Assembly (NCBI GenBank): GCA_029883975.1
Contig: JAOUIL010000002.1
Location: 3,014 to 67,013, forward strand
Source: Betaproteobacteria bacterium
Lineage (GTDB): Bacteria > Pseudomonadota > Gammaproteobacteria > Burkholderiales > SG8-39
Direction of reading: 5' to 3'
Length of the DNA: 64,000 nt
Positions 55,791 to 64,000 of this stretch are shown here, piece by piece (position 1 is the first letter of the stretch; the number at the start of each line of letters is the position of its first letter). The notes under the pieces were generated by a model. That model saw nothing but the letters and a program-made list of their open reading frames with translations, did no database searches and was not told the origin of the DNA. A program made the position numbers and the translations under genes.

Positions 55791-56294
55791 ATGCGTCCCC
55801 AGGCCAAGCTTATAGCCCTCGTCGCCGTGATGGCAATCGCCGCCGGGGCGGCGCTCGGCCTGTGGCAGCGCGCCGCGCAGCCGCGCGCGAGCTTCACCGC
55901 GCTCTCCGGCGGCAATTTCACCATGGAGGATCTGCGCGGCAAGGTCGTGCTGGTCAACTTCTGGGCCACGTCGTGCGTGAGCTGCGTGGCGGAGATGCCG
56001 AAGATGACCGAAACCTGGCGCAAGTACGAACCGCGCGGCTACGAGATGGTGGCGGTCGCCATGCAGTACGACCACCCCAATGCCGTGGCGGATTTCGTGC
56101 GCCGCGAGGCGCTGCCGTTCCGCGTCGCGCTGGACAGCGACGGTGCCGTGGCCGCAGCCTTCGGTAATGTTGCCGTCACACCGACCACGTATCTTCTCGA
56201 CCGACGCGGCCGCATCGTCACGCGCTATGTCGGCGAACCCAACTGGACGGAATTCCACGCGCACATCGAGCGCGCGCTTGCTGATCCTGCGTAG
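55791..56294 (+). CDS. TlpA/ResA-like thiol-disulfide oxidoreductase
   Basis: N-terminal TM, GKVVLVNFWATSCVSC (CxxC) and TPTTYLLD. Confidence 0.92.
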   Translation: MRPQAKLIALVAVMAIAAGAALGLWQRAAQPRASFTALSGGNFTMEDLRGKVVLVNFWATSCVSCVAEMPKMTETWRKYEPRGYEMVAVAMQYDHPNAVADFVRREALPFRVALDSDGAVAAAFGNVAVTPTTYLLDRRGRIVTRYVGEPNWTEFHAHIERALADPA

Positions 56295-56295
56295 C

Positions 56296-56391
56296 TGTCG
56301 CTCCGCGGCGACGCAATCTGCGCTCATCGAGTCTCCCGCGCGCCGCAAGCAGTTGATTTCTCAGCCGGCGGAAACTTGGCACGCGCCTTGC
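56296..56391 (+). promoter_or_regulatory. Sigma54 promoter with IHF site and candidate enhancer
   Basis: TGGCAC-GCGCC-TTGC (56377-56391). Minus-strand AATCAA-CTGC-TTG (56346-56358) matches WATCAANNNNTTR. GTCGC-N6-GCGAC palindrome at 56297-56312. Confidence 0.78.
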
Positions 56392-56454
56392 GGTCCATTG
56401 ACAGCGAGCCCGGCTGGGCTCGTTTCGTTTGACGCACGAGGAAAGGAGACGACG

Positions 56455-56976
56455 ATGAAACTCGACAGAACCGCTCGCACCATCCTGAGCATCACCGCGC
56501 TCGCGTGGGCGATCCCGTTCGCGCAGGCGCAGAGCAACGCTCAGGCCGCGCAGGTCGGCGTCATCCAGCCCCAGGCCAAGAGCGCCGAGTTCGACAGGCT
56601 CGACGCCGATGGCGACGGCTTGCTCAGTTACCAGGAAGTGGGTCACCTGGACGGCTACCAGGAGGCGTTCGCGCAGGCCGATCGCAACCGCGACGCCCGG
56701 CTGGATGCCAGCGAGGCGATCACCGCGCATCAGCTCTACGAGCGCAGCCTCGCGACGCGCTACGCGCAGGACACGTGGCTCACCACCAAGGTGAAGGTTG
56801 CGCTGTTGCGCGAGGAGGGTCTCGATTCGGGCGACGTCAGTGTGGAGACCTTCGATCAGCGCGTACTGCTCTCCGGCTTCGTGGAGGACGCGGAGCAGAA
56901 GCGCAAGGCGCTGCTGATCGCATCGCGCATCGAGGGCGTAAAGGATGTGAAGGATGCCCTCGCGCTCCGCAAGTAA
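56455..56976 (+). CDS. Secreted protein with an EF-hand pair and a BON domain
   Basis: Signal peptide; EF loops DADGDGLLSYQE and DRNRDARLDASE; BON DTWLTTKVK...VLLSGFV...GVKDV. RBS AAGGAG. Confidence 0.88.
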   Translation: MKLDRTARTILSITALAWAIPFAQAQSNAQAAQVGVIQPQAKSAEFDRLDADGDGLLSYQEVGHLDGYQEAFAQADRNRDARLDASEAITAHQLYERSLATRYAQDTWLTTKVKVALLREEGLDSGDVSVETFDQRVLLSGFVEDAEQKRKALLIASRIEGVKDVKDALALRK

Positions 56977-56985
56977 GCGCGCACC

Positions 56986-57015
56986 GCGGGAGGGGGCCGC
57001 GCCCCTTCCCGCTTT
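56986..57015 (+). terminator. Possible intrinsic terminator after the EF-hand/BON gene
   Basis: GCGGGAGGGGGC/GCCCCTTCCCGC stem (one G-U pair) followed by only TTT. Confidence 0.5.
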
Positions 57016-57245
57016 CGCCCGCCCGCTGCTGCTGGCGGCGGGCCTGCTGCAATGGGACGGTGTGGCGATGAAGATCGTCGCGCACAAGCGCGGTCGCCAG
57101 GGCAGGCGCGGCGTGCGCTGATCCTCAACTGCCGGATCCGGTGCGTAAACGCACTTCCGGCGGGGCGGAGCTTCCCTAGAGTTCGCATCACGGCTGCGGC
57201 GAGATCCGCAGCGACTGATCAACCAACTCTGAAAGGGAACCTGAA

Positions 57246-57521
57246 ATGAAACGCCAACTCCTCGCCATCGCCCTGGGCAGCCTCGTCGCGCTGCCTGCCC
57301 TCGCCAACAACGAGATCGACGCCGGCTACGCGGCGCGCACCACGTTCTCCGCGGACAACGCGGGCCTGGTGTTCGTGAACACCGAGCAGGGCTACGTGCC
57401 CGTCGCCGGGCACGAGGCCGGCAAGTCGCGCGCCGATGTGCTTGCCGAAGTGACGCAGGCGCGCCGCTCGGGCAACTACGTCGTCAACGCCGAGCTGGGC
57501 ACCAAGGCCAACCAGCTGTAA
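57246..57521 (+). CDS. Small secreted DUF4148-like protein
   Basis: Signal peptide MKRQLLAIALGSLVALPALA and KSRADVLAEVTQARRSG motif. Confidence 0.78.
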   Translation: MKRQLLAIALGSLVALPALANNEIDAGYAARTTFSADNAGLVFVNTEQGYVPVAGHEAGKSRADVLAEVTQARRSGNYVVNAELGTKANQL

Positions 57522-57589
57522 GCAGTTCCTCCCCTCCCCTCCTCCCCGGGGGCGCGGCGCCGCAGAACATCGCGGCGCCGCTTTCATTG

Positions 57590-58933
57590 CTACGCGATCG
57601 CCACGAGGTCGAGCGGCGCGTCCACCCCGGCGACCGCACGCCCCGCCGGCAGCCTGCGGCAGCGGCCGTCGGCATAGCCCTGCGCGAGCGCGACCGACAG
57701 CGCGTGGTGCGTGGTCAAGGCGCGCACGCCTTCGTGCCGGGTATGCGCCTGCAGCTTCGCCGCGCGATTCACCGGCTCGCCGAGCACCGCGTACTCGAGC
57801 TTGCCTTCCTCGCCGATGGTGCCGCACACCACCGTGCCGATGTCCACGCCGATGCCCAGCTCCGGAGTGCAATCTCCGCGCCTGCAGCTTTCCTCGATCC
57901 ACAGCCCCGCGGCGTCGACCAGCGCTTCGGCGCAGCGCAGCGCGTCGGCCGCATAGGTGTCCGTGGGGCGAGCGGCGCCGAACGCCACCATGATTCCGTC
58001 ACCCAGGTAGGTGATGATGGCGCCGCGGTGCTGCTGGATGACCGGCACGGCGATGCGCTGGAACTCCCCCACCAGCGCGAGCAGCGCCTGGGGCGTGAGC
58101 AGCGCCGAGAGCCGCGTGAACCCGCGCAGGTCGATGAACATGGCGGCGGCCTCGCGCGCCTCGCCGTCGCCGGGCTTGAGCAGCTCGTCGGCCCAGATCA
58201 GCTGCTCGGCCACTTCGGGCGGGAAGTAGCGCACCATCTGCGTCGCCGCACCTTGCACTGCCGCCGCCTGCTCGAGCAGTTGCCGGCTGCGCGCCACAGC
58301 GAGCGCCAGCAGCAGCGCGACGACGAGCAGCGACACGATCTTGTCGATCTCGCCGCCGATCAGGATCTTCGCCGAAGTCATGTAGTCGACGTAGTCGCGC
58401 GTCACCAGCGCCATACCCGCCGGTTCCGCGAGCGCGTAGGCGAGCAGCGCGAGCCAGCCGAGCGCCGCCGCGGCGCCGGCGAGCAGCACGTAGCCGGGCG
58501 AGAACGACAGCGTGCGCAGCGCGATGAAGATGAAGAAATAGGCGAAGGTCGGCGCCTTCAGGTAGAAGGCGGCCGGCTGCCCGTACTCCAGGTGAAAGCC
58601 CCAGATGGTGACGGTGAGCAGCGCCATGTCGAGCACCACCGAGGCGGCGCGCAAGAAGGGCGTGAGCTGGCCGGCATAGGCGAGCCGCAGGCGCAGGGCC
58701 GTGAAGGCGGCATAGGCGCCGATCGCCCAGAGCGCGGGGCGCAGCAGCGGCTCCACCGGCGACGTGCTCGGCGAGGCGAAGTAAAGGGTCGCCAGCAGCG
58801 TGATGACCGCCGCCTGCACCCAGCCGGTGAGGATCTCGCCGCGTGCGCGCTGGGACTCGATGACGCGCAGCACGCGCGCCGGCAGGCGCGGGGCGGCCGG
58901 GCTCACGGCCATGGGTCGCGGCGAAGCGCTCAT
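57590..58933 (-). CDS. Membrane-bound class III adenylate/guanylate cyclase-domain protein
   Basis: About 6 N-terminal TM segments; MFIDLRGFT, YLGDGIMVAFG, GIGVDIG and GEPVNRAAKLQ. The start may be 58912. Confidence 0.9.
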   Translation of the reverse strand: MSASPRPMAVSPAAPRLPARVLRVIESQRARGEILTGWVQAAVITLLATLYFASPSTSPVEPLLRPALWAIGAYAAFTALRLRLAYAGQLTPFLRAASVVLDMALLTVTIWGFHLEYGQPAAFYLKAPTFAYFFIFIALRTLSFSPGYVLLAGAAAALGWLALLAYALAEPAGMALVTRDYVDYMTSAKILIGGEIDKIVSLLVVALLLALAVARSRQLLEQAAAVQGAATQMVRYFPPEVAEQLIWADELLKPGDGEAREAAAMFIDLRGFTRLSALLTPQALLALVGEFQRIAVPVIQQHRGAIITYLGDGIMVAFGAARPTDTYAADALRCAEALVDAAGLWIEESCRRGDCTPELGIGVDIGTVVCGTIGEEGKLEYAVLGEPVNRAAKLQAHTRHEGVRALTTHHALSVALAQGYADGRCRRLPAGRAVAGVDAPLDLVAIA

Positions 58934-58949
58934 CCTGACGCCGCGGCGC

Positions 58950-59716
58950 TCAGTTCTTGAGCCGGTACCCTGTCCTGAAGATCCACCACACGATTCCCAG
59001 GCAGGCGAGAAAGAAGCCGAGCGTCGCCGACAGGCTTACGCCCACCGCCACGTCCGCGGTGCCGTAGAAGGCCCAGCGGAAGCCGCTGATCAGGTACACG
59101 ACGGGGTTGAACAGGCTCACGGTGCGCCAGGCTCCGGGCAGCATGTCGATGGAATAGAACGCGCCGCCGAGGAAGGTGAGCGGCGTGATGACCAGCATCG
59201 GCACGAACTGCAGCTGCTCGAAGCCGTTCGCCCATATGCCGAGGATGAAGCCGAACAGGCAGAAGGTAGCCGCGGTGAGCACGAGGAAGGCGACCATCCA
59301 GAACGGGTGCGCGATCGACAGCGGCACGAACAGCGTGGCGGTGGCGAGGATCACCATGCCGAGGATCATGGACTTGGTGGTCGCCGCGCCGACGTAGCCA
59401 AGCACCATCTCGAAGGGCGAGACCGGCGCCGACAGGACCTCGTAAATGGTGCCCGTAAAGCGCGGCAAGTAGATACCGAAGGAGGCGTTGTTCAGGCTCT
59501 CGGTGAGCACCGAGAGCATGATGAGCCCCGGCACGATGAACGCGCCGTAATGCACGCCGTCCAGCTCGCCCATGCGCGAGCCGATGGCCGCGCCGAAGAC
59601 GATGAAGTACAGCGACGTGGTGATCACCGGCGCCACCAGGCTCTGCCAGAAGGTGCGGTTGAAGCGCGACATCTCGAACAGGTAGATGGCGAGCACGCCG
59701 CGGCCGTTGAAGGCGT

Positions 59717-59720
<4 letters not shown>
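58950..59720 (-). CDS. ABC-2 type permease (YadH-like)
   Basis: [36 protein letters not shown] and [11 protein letters not shown]. Confidence 0.92.
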
Positions 59721-60643
<923 letters not shown>

Positions 60644-60656
60644 CGCGCGCGCCGGG

Positions 60657-61598
60657 CTAGGCCACGCCCGCCGCATGCGCCTGCCGGTCGGCGTGATACG
60701 ACGAGCGCACCAGCGCGCCGATCGCCGCATGCCGGAAGCCCATCGCCTGCGCCTCGCGCTCGAACATCGCGAATGCGTCAGGATGCACGTAGCGTTCAAC
60801 GGCCAGGTGATGCGGCGAAGGCTGCAGGTACTGCCCGATGGTGAGCATGCCCACGTCATGCGCGCGCAGGTCGCGCATCACCTGCAGGATCTCCTCGTCC
60901 GTTTCGCCCAGTCCCACCATCAGGCCCGATTTCGTGGGCACGGAAGGCACCGCCCTCTTGAACTCCTGCAGCAGCGCGAGCGAGTGCCGGTAGTCGCCGC
61001 CCGGTCGGGCGGCGCGATACAGCCGCGGCACGGTCTCCAGGTTGTGGTTCATCACGTCGGGCGGCGCCGCGAGCAGGATCTCCAGCGCGCGTTCCAGCCG
61101 CCCGCGGAAGTCCGGCACCAACACTTCGATCGTCGTCGAAGGCGATGCCGCCCGCACCGCGCGGATGCACTCGACGAAGTGCTGCGCGCCGCCATCCCGC
61201 AGGTCATCGCGGTCGACGCTCGTGATCACGACGTAGCGCAACTGCAGCTTCGCGATCGTCTCGGCGAGGTGCCGCGGCTCCTCCGCATCCGGTGGCAGCG
61301 GCCGGCCGTGGCCCACGTCGCAGAACGGGCAACGGCGTGTGCAGATGTCGCCGAGGATCATGAACGTGGCCGTGCCCTTGCCGAAGCACTCGCCGATGTT
61401 CGGGCAGGAAGCTTCCTCGCACACCGTGTGCAGCTCTTGCGCGCGCAGGATCTGCTTGATCTCAGTGAAGCGCGTGCCCGGGCCGGGCGCTTTCACCCGG
61501 ATCCACGCCGGCTTGGCAAGCGGCGGCTTCGGCACGATCTTCACCGGGATGCGCGCCGTCTTCGCCCGGCCTTTCTCTTTCACGCCCGCGTCACGCAT
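60657..61598 (-). CDS. lipA: Lipoyl synthase
   Basis: [28 protein letters not shown] and RSSYHA. Confidence 0.98.
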   Translation of the reverse strand: MRDAGVKEKGRAKTARIPVKIVPKPPLAKPAWIRVKAPGPGTRFTEIKQILRAQELHTVCEEASCPNIGECFGKGTATFMILGDICTRRCPFCDVGHGRPLPPDAEEPRHLAETIAKLQLRYVVITSVDRDDLRDGGAQHFVECIRAVRAASPSTTIEVLVPDFRGRLERALEILLAAPPDVMNHNLETVPRLYRAARPGGDYRHSLALLQEFKRAVPSVPTKSGLMVGLGETDEEILQVMRDLRAHDVGMLTIGQYLQPSPHHLAVERYVHPDAFAMFEREAQAMGFRHAAIGALVRSSYHADRQAHAAGVA

Positions 61599-62217
61599 GC
61601 TCGAGCCTCGCTTCGAGCAGCCGCGCGAGCTGCAATCCGAGGTCCTGCGCGCTCGACCGGATGCCGAGGTCCTTCGCCTGCGTCACCTCGAGGCCCGGGT
61701 AGCCGCAGGGATCGATCGCGCGAAAGGGCGAGAGGTCCATGTCCACGTTGAGCGCGACGCCATGCCAGGCGCGCCCGCGCGTGACGCGGATGCCGAGCGC
61801 GGCGATCTTCGCCTCGCCGACGTACACGCCCGGCGCGCCCGGCCTGCGATTCGCGGCGACGCCGAAGGCGCCGAGCAGATCGATGACGCCCTGCTCCAGC
61901 AGCCGCACGAACTCCTTCACCTTGATGCCGCGGCGCTGCAGATCCACCAGCGTGTACACCACCGCCTGCCCGGGCCCGTGATAGGTGATCTCGCCGCCGC
62001 GCTCGGATCGCACGACCGGGATGCCGTTGGCAACCCTTGGCCCGAATTTCTCATCCGCGCCCTGCCCCAGCGTGTAGACCGGCGGGTGCTCCACCACCCA
62101 GAGCTCGTCGGGCGTGTCCGCAAGGCGTTGTTCGGTGAACGCACGCATGCGAGCGGCGACTGCGGCATAGTCGGCGACTCCGAGCGCCTGCACACGCGTC
62201 GCGACTGCCGCTTCCAT
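61591..62217 (-). CDS. lipB: Octanoyltransferase LipB
   Basis: [34 protein letters not shown] and PCG. Confidence 0.97.
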   Translation of the reverse strand: MEAAVATRVQALGVADYAAVAARMRAFTEQRLADTPDELWVVEHPPVYTLGQGADEKFGPRVANGIPVVRSERGGEITYHGPGQAVVYTLVDLQRRGIKVKEFVRLLEQGVIDLLGAFGVAANRRPGAPGVYVGEAKIAALGIRVTRGRAWHGVALNVDMDLSPFRAIDPCGYPGLEVTQAKDLGIRSSAQDLGLQLARLLEARLEHA

Positions 62218-62489
62218 CAGAGCACCATCACCACCGACGGGTGGTCGCAGAGGTCGCGGTACAGCGCGTCGAGCTGCTCGCGCGAATGGGCGCGGATGGT
62301 GCAGGTGACGCTCAGGTAGGTTCCCTGACGGCTGGGGCGCAGCTCCATGGTGGTGGCATCGAAATCCGGCGCGTGCTTCCTGACGATGCCCAGCACCGTG
62401 GCGGCGAAGCGCTTCTCCTTGCGACCCATGACCTTGATCGGAAAGTCGGTGGGATAGGAGAGCAGCGTCTCCTCGTTGCGGATCGGCAT
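62217..62489 (-). CDS. ybeD: YbeD/DUF493 family protein
   Basis: YPTDFPIKVMG, SRQGTYLSVT and QLDALYRDL; typical position next to lipB. Confidence 0.9.
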   Translation of the reverse strand: MPIRNEETLLSYPTDFPIKVMGRKEKRFAATVLGIVRKHAPDFDATTMELRPSRQGTYLSVTCTIRAHSREQLDALYRDLCDHPSVVMVL

Positions 62490-63349
62490 CAGGCCGGAAC
62501 GGATTCCTTTCGCATCACGCGACGCTTGAACTCCTGGTAGCCCTGCCAAGCGCGCCGGAACACCGGCCCGGGCCTGCCGTCGCCGACCGGCTTGCCGTCC
62601 AGCTCGACGACGGCGAGGATCTCCTTGGACGAGGACGTGACCCACAGCTCGTCGGCGGCGCGCACCTCGGCTTCGCGCACGTCGCGGAACTCGACCGCGA
62701 TCTTCAGCTCGGCCGCGATCTCCACGACCACGTCATAGGTGATCCCGGGCAGGATGAGGTTGGACTTCGGCGGCGAGAGCACCAGCCCGTTCTTCACCAC
62801 GAAGACGTTGGACGCCGAGGCCTCCGTGAGCATGCCATCGCGGAACAGGATCGTCTCCGCCGCGCCCACCGCCGCGGAGACCTGGCGCAGCAGCACGTTG
62901 CCGATCAGCGAGATCGACTTGATGTCGCAGCGCAGCCAGCGGTTGTCCACGGCGCTCACCGCCACCGCGCCCTTGTCCACCAGCTCCGCCGGGGGATTGA
63001 CCAGCGGGTTGGACATCGCGAACACCGTGGGCTCGACGTCTTCGGGGAAGGCGTGATCGCGCCTGGCGACGCCGCGCGTCACCTGCAGGTACACCGCCTG
63101 GTCCTGCCAGGGCTGCCGCTCGACCAGGCCGAGGATGACCTCGCGCCACTTCTTGCGCGCGTAGGGGTTGCGGATGCCGACCGCGGCGAGGCTGCGCTCC
63201 AGGCGCGCCAGGTGCCCGTCCATGCGGAACGGTGCGCGCGAGTACACGGGGATCAGCTCGTAGACGCCGTCGCCGAAGATGAAGCCGCGGTCGAGCACCG
63301 ATACCTTGGCCTGCTCGAGCGGCAGGAAGCTGCCGTTCAGGAAAACCAT
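62489..63349 (-). CDS. dat: D-amino acid aminotransferase (class IV PLP enzyme)
   Basis: VSVLDRGFIFGDGVYE, RWLRCDIKS, EASASNVF, ILPGIT and ADELWVTSS. Confidence 0.9.
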   Translation of the reverse strand: MVFLNGSFLPLEQAKVSVLDRGFIFGDGVYELIPVYSRAPFRMDGHLARLERSLAAVGIRNPYARKKWREVILGLVERQPWQDQAVYLQVTRGVARRDHAFPEDVEPTVFAMSNPLVNPPAELVDKGAVAVSAVDNRWLRCDIKSISLIGNVLLRQVSAAVGAAETILFRDGMLTEASASNVFVVKNGLVLSPPKSNLILPGITYDVVVEIAAELKIAVEFRDVREAEVRAADELWVTSSSKEILAVVELDGKPVGDGRPGPVFRRAWQGYQEFKRRVMRKESVPA

Positions 63350-63359
63350 GCCTGCCTCG

Positions 63360-64000
63360 CTACTGGAACCAGAGTCTGAGTGTATCCCAGGCCCGGCCGA
63401 ACCAGCCCGCGCGCGCCACCGGCTGCAGCGCCTCGACCGGGTACTCGCCGAGCGGCTCGCCGGCGAGCGCCACCCGCAGCACGCCGACCTTGTCGCCGCG
63501 CACCACCGGCGCGAGCACCGGCGCATGCGTGACCAGCTCCGCGGCGAGCGAACGCGCCTCGCCCTTGGGCACCGAGACCACCAGGCCGCGCGCGAAGCCG
63601 GCGCTGACCGCCGGCGCGGCGCCCTTCCACACGGCGACCGACTTCACCGCCGCCCCGGGCGCGTACAGCCGCACGCCGTCGTAAGCCTGATAGCCCCAGT
63701 TGAGAAGCTTCTGCGATTCGCGCGCGCGCGCTGCATCCGAGGCCGCGCCCAGCAGCACGGTCAGCAGGCGCCGCCCGCCGCGCTCGGAGGAAGCGACCAA
63801 GCAGTAGCCCGCGCCTTCGGTGAAACCGGTCTTCACGCCGTCCACGCTCGGGTCGAGCCACAACAGCCGGTTGCGGTTCATCTGCGCGATGCCGTTGTGG
63901 GCGAACTCCTTCTGCGCGTAGTAGCGCGCGTACTCCTGCGGGAAGTCCTCGATCAGCGCCGCCGCGAGGCGCGCGAGGTCGCGCGCGCTGGTGCGCTGCT
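63360..64000 (-). CDS. dacC: D-alanyl-D-alanine carboxypeptidase (PBP5/6), 5'-truncated by the window edge
   Basis: TSARDLA, NRNRLL, DGVKTGFT and AGYCLV, plus the PBP5 C-terminal domain. The frame runs off the window end. Confidence 0.93.
   Translation of the reverse strand, partial: QRTSARDLARLAAALIEDFPQEYARYYAQKEFAHNGIAQMNRNRLLWLDPSVDGVKTGFTEGAGYCLVASSERGGRRLLTVLLGAASDAARARESQKLLNWGYQAYDGVRLYAPGAAVKSVAVWKGAAPAVSAGFARGLVVSVPKGEARSLAAELVTHAPVLAPVVRGDKVGVLRVALAGEPLGEYPVEALQPVARAGWFGRAWDTLRLWFQ

Noticed and set aside
57052-57249. 65-aa ORF overlapping the DUF4148-like start
   Set aside because: No motif or convincing RBS. The region looks like terminator, promoter and leader sequence.

Overview
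A GC-rich (~70% by eye), tightly packed chromosomal region of a betaproteobacterium, inferred from gene content and order. It is mostly housekeeping: ptsI (partial), a CaiB/BaiF CoA-transferase, metX-metW, ampG-xth-pyrE, gatCAB, mreBCD-mrdA-rodA, aceA-aceK, yggS-proC-yggT-yggU, pilT-pilU, hemJ, ubiE-tim44-ubiJ-ubiB, phoBR, a large FAD/Fe-S oxidoreductase, thrB, LOG, polA, a TRAP transporter, an ABC-2 exporter and lipA-lipB-ybeD-dat-dacC (partial). I found no rRNA, tRNA, CRISPR array, integrase or transposase. The notable signals are non-coding or small. (1) A SAM-II riboswitch upstream of metX with a readable terminator/antiterminator switch. (2) A full sigma54 promoter layout (palindrome, IHF site, -24/-12) in front of a secreted EF-hand+BON protein. 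(3) A recurring TANNNT hexamer 7-9 nt before an ATG with no Shine-Dalgarno, suggesting leaderless mRNAs; cases include Pho-box-driven phoB and a 19-codon ORF before thrB. (4) An accessory cluster after pilU with a CxxC-x20-CxxC protein, a membrane-anchored hydrolase and a DUF2652 cyclase-like protein. (5) A class III cyclase with atypical base-specifying residues. (6) A FimW-like PilZ-motif protein. (7) A REPIN-like AT-rich hairpin. All family assignments come from recognising motifs by eye; no database searches were run.
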